This document shows, one piece after another, positions 36,384 through 40,964 of a stretch of 40,964 nucleotides of DNA (the stretch's first letter is position 1; each line of letters opens with the position of its first letter). The notes under the pieces were generated by a model, which was not told where the DNA came from, made no database searches, and worked only from the letters and a program-made list of their open reading frames with translations. Position numbers and translations under genes: made by a program. The stretch comes from Bacteroidales bacterium. GTDB taxonomy: Bacteria > Bacteroidota > Bacteroidia > Bacteroidales > S143-33. The stretch spans positions 1 through 40,964 of the forward strand of contig JALWCU010000163.1 of assembly GCA_027015275.1 (NCBI GenBank). Direction: 5' to 3'.

Positions 36384-37579
36384 AGAATTCTCTTAAAAAT
36401 GTGATAGTATTCTAACAAGCGTTTTTGGTAAGCGCCTGGGTCCCCTTCACCGTTATATTCCCGAGCAAAGTTGAAGAAATCTTTGTTTTGCAAATAAAGA
36501 ATACGCCGAGGTACTGCCTTGGTAAAGTCAAATAATGCGAACAGGTGGTATCTAATGTCTTTCTGGAAATTGTCAAACATCTTCTGCACTGTGTCGTAAC
36601 CTATGACTTTGTGGTTAAATCCCATTATCTGTGGTGCGCCCATTGAGATTGATTTCAAGGCAGCAGTGTCATCGAGTTTGCGTGCAAATTTGAATACTTC
36701 CCATTCAGTGTCTTGCGATTGGTGTACGTCTTGCCATGGCTCGTCTTCTGTCTTGCGCCATTGTTGCCCTTGGGTTCTGTTACTGGGGTTGAAAGTAAAA
36801 TGTTTTTTATAAGCATCAGGGTGAAATTTACCGAAGAACATCCAGAAAACATGGTTTTCGAAACGAATAATCAGTCTGCCGTTTTTGTCAAAGCCATCGC
36901 CGCCACCTTCTACACATATAACAGACATGGCGGATTCTACTTCTATGCCCAGCTCAAGGCTAATGCGTTTCATCAGACCACCATATTTATTCCAGCTAAC
37001 AGCAGCACGATGCACATTAGACGGGCTGTCGGGCACTTTGACCTTTCTGTCTGGCTCGAGCGGATAATTCATCAGATCCTCGCGCTGATTGAAAAATTCA
37101 CTTATTGCCTGGATACCGCCGATTGGCGGCAGATCGTGTGCTTCTACCCATTGCTTTGCCACATAAGCAACGCGACCGTTAAAGTCTATTGCATACCAGT
37201 CTAACATTTGCTCAATAATGTAAACAATGTCGCCTTTTTTGAGCTTGCCAATTATCTGGCTATTTTTTGAAGGACGATTCCTGACATTGAGAATATTAGC
37301 ATTAATTTCACCACGTTTGGTATAGGCAATTATTAAGATATATTTTTTGTAAACATAGGCAGATGTTTTACCCCAGAGTATCTCGTACCACTCGCCCTCT
37401 TCGTTGAGAATATTGACAATATCCCCACGGCGCAATCGCCCGAGAATGGGAGATTTGAGTGATGTCTTTTTCCTGACATTGAGCAGTTGCGGTAAGACTT
37501 TGCCTTTAACTTCTATTTGCTTGGCTGTTGTTTTTACGGCTTTTTGGCTGGCTCGGATGAATCTTTCGAATAGTCCCAT
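36380..37579 (-). CDS. two bacterial SH3 domains + N-acetylmuramidase (DUF3380/PF11860-like) domain, no signal peptide
   Basis: ATG start. Two SH3_3-like repeats (LNVRKKTSLKSPILGRLRRGDIVNILNEEGEWYEI and LNVRNRPSKNSQIIGKLKKGDIVYIIEQMLDWYAI). Muramidase motifs: VICVEGGGDGF (candidate catalytic Glu), IRFENHVF, MGAPQIMGFNH, FAREYNGEGDPGAY. The N-terminus MGLFERFIRASQKAVKTTAKQ is hydrophilic. Confidence 0.8.
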   Translation of the reverse strand: MGLFERFIRASQKAVKTTAKQIEVKGKVLPQLLNVRKKTSLKSPILGRLRRGDIVNILNEEGEWYEILWGKTSAYVYKKYILIIAYTKRGEINANILNVRNRPSKNSQIIGKLKKGDIVYIIEQMLDWYAIDFNGRVAYVAKQWVEAHDLPPIGGIQAISEFFNQREDLMNYPLEPDRKVKVPDSPSNVHRAAVSWNKYGGLMKRISLELGIEVESAMSVICVEGGGDGFDKNGRLIIRFENHVFWMFFGKFHPDAYKKHFTFNPSNRTQGQQWRKTEDEPWQDVHQSQDTEWEVFKFARKLDDTAALKSISMGAPQIMGFNHKVIGYDTVQKMFDNFQKDIRYHLFALFDFTKAVPRRILYLQNKDFFNFAREYNGEGDPGAYQKRLLEYYHIFKRIL

Positions 37580-37746
37580 GGTAGAGAATTTTTAATCTTA
37601 TTCAAAGAAAACAAAAAAATACTTGCCTTGCAATAAATTTTGATTTGCCTATGGGCAGAGAAAAGCAAGGTTAAAAATTATTAAGTGCAAATGGCGTAAT
37701 CAAATTTTTATTTAAAATTGTATTTGTTCATATAAAGCATGGCGAT

Positions 37747-38613
37747 ATGGATACCAAGGAACTGTTAAAGAAAGTACGTAAAATCGAGATTAAGACAAGG
37801 GGACTGACTAACGAGATATTTGCAGGTCAATATCACAGTGCTTTCAAAGGCCGTGGTATGACGTTCTCAGAGGTCAGGGAATATACCATAGGAGATGATG
37901 TTCGCACCATTGATTGGAATGTTACGGCACGGTTTAATCATCCTTTTGTCAAGGTCTTTGAGGAGGAACGTGAGCTCACTGTTATTCTTATGATAGATGT
38001 CAGTGGTTCACAGTTTTTCGGCAGTATCCGCCACAAACGAGAATACATTGCAGAGATAGCAGGTGTGCTTGCTTTTTCTGCTATTGAGAACAATGACAAG
38101 ATTGGGGTTATTTTTTTCTCAGACAAGGTTGAGAAGTTCATCCCACCAGCTAAGGGTAGGCGACACATTCTCAGGATAATAAGCGAGATCTTGTCGTTCA
38201 ACCCACAGAGCAAGGGTACAGATGTAAATGGTGCTTTGCGGTATTTGCTCAATACAACAAAGAAGCGTGCTATAGTATTTGTCATTTCTGATTTTTTTGC
38301 AAGTAATTTCGATAAATCTCTGACCGTAGCAGCTCGCAAACATGATGTAATAGCTATTAAGGTTAATGACCCACGTGAGAAGAATATTCCCAAGATGGGT
38401 ATGGTTCAGGTGGTGGATGCAGAGACAGGTCGGCATGACTGGGTAGATACTAGTAGCAAAGAAGTCAGAGAATATATAGAGCAGTGGTTTGAAGAACATC
38501 ATCAGGCAGTTAAAAATTCATTTAGCCGTTGTGGTGTTGATTTTATTCATGTTTTTACAGGTGATGATTATGTTAAGGCTTTAATACAATTGTTTAAACG
38601 TCGGAAGGTATGA
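37747..38613 (+). CDS. DUF58 domain protein (Bat/MoxR-associated)
   Basis: ATG start. GQYHSAFKGRGMTFSEVREYTIGDDVRTIDWNVTAR and the vWA-like strand LTVILMIDVSGS are the canonical DUF58 signature. Confidence 0.9.
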   Translation: MDTKELLKKVRKIEIKTRGLTNEIFAGQYHSAFKGRGMTFSEVREYTIGDDVRTIDWNVTARFNHPFVKVFEEERELTVILMIDVSGSQFFGSIRHKREYIAEIAGVLAFSAIENNDKIGVIFFSDKVEKFIPPAKGRRHILRIISEILSFNPQSKGTDVNGALRYLLNTTKKRAIVFVISDFFASNFDKSLTVAARKHDVIAIKVNDPREKNIPKMGMVQVVDAETGRHDWVDTSSKEVREYIEQWFEEHHQAVKNSFSRCGVDFIHVFTGDDYVKALIQLFKRRKV

Positions 38614-39611
38614 AACGTGTTTTGTTGATTGCCACAATTGCTTTGTTTACTATTACAGTCTCGGCACAGGTGAGCATAAAGACATATCTTAGTAAAGATA
38701 CTATTAGATTTGCACAGAAGACTACATTAAATGTCGAAGTTACTGCACCTGCGGGTGTTCCTGTGCTTATGCCGCAAATGCCAGACACACTTACCAAAGA
38801 CCTGGCTGTCAGTAGTGTGAAAGTCGATACTACAAAGCATGGAAGTAGTGTGGTTTATGGTTTTAGGATAAACATTTTTGGGTTTGATGATACTGTATTT
38901 CAGATTCCAGCGATTCCTTTGCGTGTTGGTGATAAATTGTATTATTCAGATTCTACTCTGAGACTGGTAGTCGGGAAAATAGAAATTGATAGTGCACAGG
39001 TTGCCAAGATTGACACTTCGCAGGTAATTAAGGTTTTTGATGTCAAAAAGCCTATAAATCCTCGTCTTACCCTTCGTGAGCTATGGTTGCGTTTCCGTTA
39101 TTGGTTGCTGGGACTGATTTTGCTCATCTTGTTGGCATATTTAATTTATTTGATATACAAGAGGATAAAACACAACAGGCAGCTTAAGGAGCTTCCTATC
39201 GAGGAACAGATAGAGCCGCATGAATTAGCTTTTCGTCGTCTCAAAGAGCTGGAACAGAAGAAATTATATCAGAAAGGTAATTTCAAGGACTATTATGCCG
39301 AGCTTTCGGAGATTCTGCGACAGTATATTGAGCGCCGTTATTATATCCGGGCTCTGGAGTCAACCACAAGTGAGCTGAAGATTTTGCTCGAGGTAATGAG
39401 TATTGATGATGAGCTAAAAATGCAGTTAATAGAGCTATTTGAGACAGCAGACTGGGCTAAGTTTGCCGGCCACAATCCTTTGCCTGATGTTTGTCAGAGA
39501 CACCTGGACTTTGCATATAGTTTTGTTGAAAAAACAACGCCTCAGCCTGAGGCAGAAGAGGAAACAGAACAGACAGAAGACACTATTAACCAAGAAAACG
39601 AAGAACAATGA
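38610..39611 (+). CDS. Bat-operon membrane protein: BatD-like N-terminal domain, TM helix, DUF4381-like domain and an acidic tail
   Basis: The ATG overlaps the DUF58 stop (ATGA). Signal peptide (MKRVLLIATIALFTITVSAQ) and a beta-rich ectodomain. TM helix WLLGLILLILLAYLIYLIY. The C-terminal helical part (AFRRLKELEQ...YYAELSEILRQYIERRY...TTSELK...ETADWAKFAGHNP) fits the DUF4381 pattern. The tail is PQPEAEEETEQTEDTINQENEEQ. Confidence 0.75.
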   Translation: MKRVLLIATIALFTITVSAQVSIKTYLSKDTIRFAQKTTLNVEVTAPAGVPVLMPQMPDTLTKDLAVSSVKVDTTKHGSSVVYGFRINIFGFDDTVFQIPAIPLRVGDKLYYSDSTLRLVVGKIEIDSAQVAKIDTSQVIKVFDVKKPINPRLTLRELWLRFRYWLLGLILLILLAYLIYLIYKRIKHNRQLKELPIEEQIEPHELAFRRLKELEQKKLYQKGNFKDYYAELSEILRQYIERRYYIRALESTTSELKILLEVMSIDDELKMQLIELFETADWAKFAGHNPLPDVCQRHLDFAYSFVEKTTPQPEAEEETEQTEDTINQENEEQ

Positions 39612-40603
39612 CACTCTGGGGATATAGTTTTATGCATCCGCAGCGTTTGTTGCTGTTGCTGCTGGTCATACCGCTTATAGCATGGTATGTGTGGAAAAAT
39701 TATGATAAATGGGCAAGCTTACGGTATTCCACAATTGAGCCATTTGTCAAGATTAGAAATGCAAAAAAACACTTGCGTCATCTGCCGTTTATTCTGGAGA
39801 TAATAGCATTTTCCTTGCTAACAATTGCTTTTGCGCGCCCCCGCAAGAGTTACACTAATCGGCAGATTTCGACACAAGGTATAGATATTGTGCTTGCAGT
39901 GGACATTTCGCCCAGTATGCTTGCCGAAGATTTCCATCCCAATCGTATAGAAGCTGCTAAGAGAGAGGCAATTAAGTTTGTCAATGGCCGTCCTAATGAC
40001 CGTTTTGCCGTTGTAGCATTTGGCGGTCAGAGCTTTACTGTAGTGCCTTTGACCTTGGATCATGCTACAGTGATTAATATGATACGGAAGCTAAAAAATG
40101 GTATGGTAGAAGACGGCACGGCTATTGGACTCGGCATAGCTAATGCAATAGCACGACTATACAAGAGCAAGGCAAAGAGCAAGGTCATTATCTTGTTGAC
40201 AGACGGCGTTAATAACCGTGGTAATATTGATCCTATAACGGCTGCAAAGATGGCTGCCAGTTATGGAATACGTATTTACACCATAGGAATAGGTAGCGAG
40301 TCTTATGCAAATATTCCGGTACAGACACCTGGCGGCATTGAGTATCAGAAGGTTAAAGTAGATATTGACGAACAGACATTGAAGCAAATAGCTGATTTGA
40401 CTGGTGGTAAATATTTCCGTGCAACAAATGACAAGAAATTGAGCCAAATTTATCATGAGATTGATAGAATGGAAAAGACTAAGTTCAAGGAACACAAGCA
40501 GGTTTATTATGCCGAGATGTACTGGGATTTTGTGTTGTGGGCGCTGTTGCTTTTGATTCTGGATATATTGTTGCGTACCATAGTTATTCGCACTTTTCCA
40601 TAA
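39608..40603 (+). CDS. batA: vWA-domain aerotolerance protein BatA
   Basis: The ATG overlaps the upstream stop. BatA_N-type double TM N-terminus. vWA domain with an intact MIDAS (DIVLAVDISPSM, ILLTDGVNN, IYTIGIG) and a C-terminal TM helix. Confidence 0.88.
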   Translation: MTLWGYSFMHPQRLLLLLLVIPLIAWYVWKNYDKWASLRYSTIEPFVKIRNAKKHLRHLPFILEIIAFSLLTIAFARPRKSYTNRQISTQGIDIVLAVDISPSMLAEDFHPNRIEAAKREAIKFVNGRPNDRFAVVAFGGQSFTVVPLTLDHATVINMIRKLKNGMVEDGTAIGLGIANAIARLYKSKAKSKVIILLTDGVNNRGNIDPITAAKMAASYGIRIYTIGIGSESYANIPVQTPGGIEYQKVKVDIDEQTLKQIADLTGGKYFRATNDKKLSQIYHEIDRMEKTKFKEHKQVYYAEMYWDFVLWALLLLILDILLRTIVIRTFP

Positions 40604-40623
40604 TTATTAAAATTAGATAGACC

Positions 40624-40964
40624 ATGTTTAAGAATTTTATTTGGGCAAATGAAAAATACTTGTGGCTGTTGGCATTGGTAGTTGTTTTGTTTATACTGGT
40701 GTTGATACTTGGCCGGTATTATCGAAGGATTTATCAGAGTTTTGGCAAGGCAGAAGTAGTGCAGGACCTTATGCCTGATTTTTCGCGGGCAAAAAAGGTA
40801 TGGAAGAGTATGCTGCTTGTTCTGGTTATTGCATTGTTGGTCATAGCATTAGCCAGACCACAGATAGGTGCAGAGAAATCTACACGCAAGGTAAAAGGCT
40901 CTGAGATAGTGTTGGTCGTTGATGTGTCTAATAGTATGCTGGCAAGGTCAAAGCCAGATGCAAT
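40624..40964 (+). CDS. batB: vWA-domain aerotolerance protein BatB (5' part, truncated by window end)
   Basis: ATG at 40624. MFKNFIWANEKYLWLLALVVVLFILVLILGRYYRR...LLVLVIALLVIALARPQ...SEIVLVVDVSNSM shows the double TM plus MIDAS start. The frame is open to the end of the window. Confidence 0.8.
   Translation, partial: MFKNFIWANEKYLWLLALVVVLFILVLILGRYYRRIYQSFGKAEVVQDLMPDFSRAKKVWKSMLLVLVIALLVIALARPQIGAEKSTRKVKGSEIVLVVDVSNSMLARSKPDA

Noticed and set aside
36713-37204. 163-aa plus-strand ORF, plus the smaller ORFs at 36603-36812 and 36885-37067.
   Set aside because: They are antisense to the muramidase CDS, which carries clear SH3 and PF11860-like motifs. They have no start context or motifs of their own.
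29189-37579. Prophage or phage-remnant interpretation of the endolysin-type muramidase.
   Set aside because: No integrase, holin, terminase, capsid, tail or att-like repeats are recognisable anywhere nearby. Neighbouring genes are envelope proteins with host-like composition.
37938-38502. 151-aa and 127-aa minus-strand ORFs.
   Set aside because: They are antisense to the canonical DUF58 gene and are shadow ORFs.

Overview
Low-GC chromosomal segment with Bacteroidota hallmarks: a Bat aerotolerance-type DUF58/vWA operon, pyrG-yidC synteny, TonB-dependent receptors, DUF349/DUF1573/DUF2339 proteins and TAnnTTTG-like -7 boxes. I recognise about 26 protein-coding genes (two cut by the window edges), one RNase P RNA (rnpB), one decayed TonB-dependent receptor relic and several intrinsic terminators. 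I found no tRNA, rRNA, CRISPR array, transposase, integrase or phage structural gene, so nothing supports a mobile element. Gene order: partial membrane protein (-); octahaem c-type cytochrome + cytochrome b::PAS fusion; DUF4389; receptor relic; Cache-HAMP-GAF sensor; rsmI; secreted hypothetical; AAA ATPase (DUF4143 type) behind a 3 x 32-bp tandem repeat; MFS transporter; secreted hypothetical; HEAT-cyclophilin lipoprotein; a pyrG-yidC-histidine kinase-small STAS-like block (-); DUF349; umuC-like Y-family polymerase + MobA-like nucleotidyltransferase; DUF1573; DUF2339; rnpB; then a minus-strand envelope cluster (SH3-SH3-muramidase, Bat-like vWA membrane protein, AsmA-like protein, TonB-dependent receptor) divergent from a MoxR-less DUF58-BatA-BatB operon. 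The best candidates for something undescribed are (i) the leaderless muramidase translationally coupled to a third Bat-type vWA membrane protein and AsmA-like/TonB-dependent receptor genes, back-to-back with the Bat operon, and (ii) the octahaem cytochrome partnered with a cytochrome b carrying its own PAS domain, near an output-less Cache-HAMP-GAF sensor. All domain calls come from motif recognition by eye. No database search, HMM scan, fold prediction or composition statistic was run.
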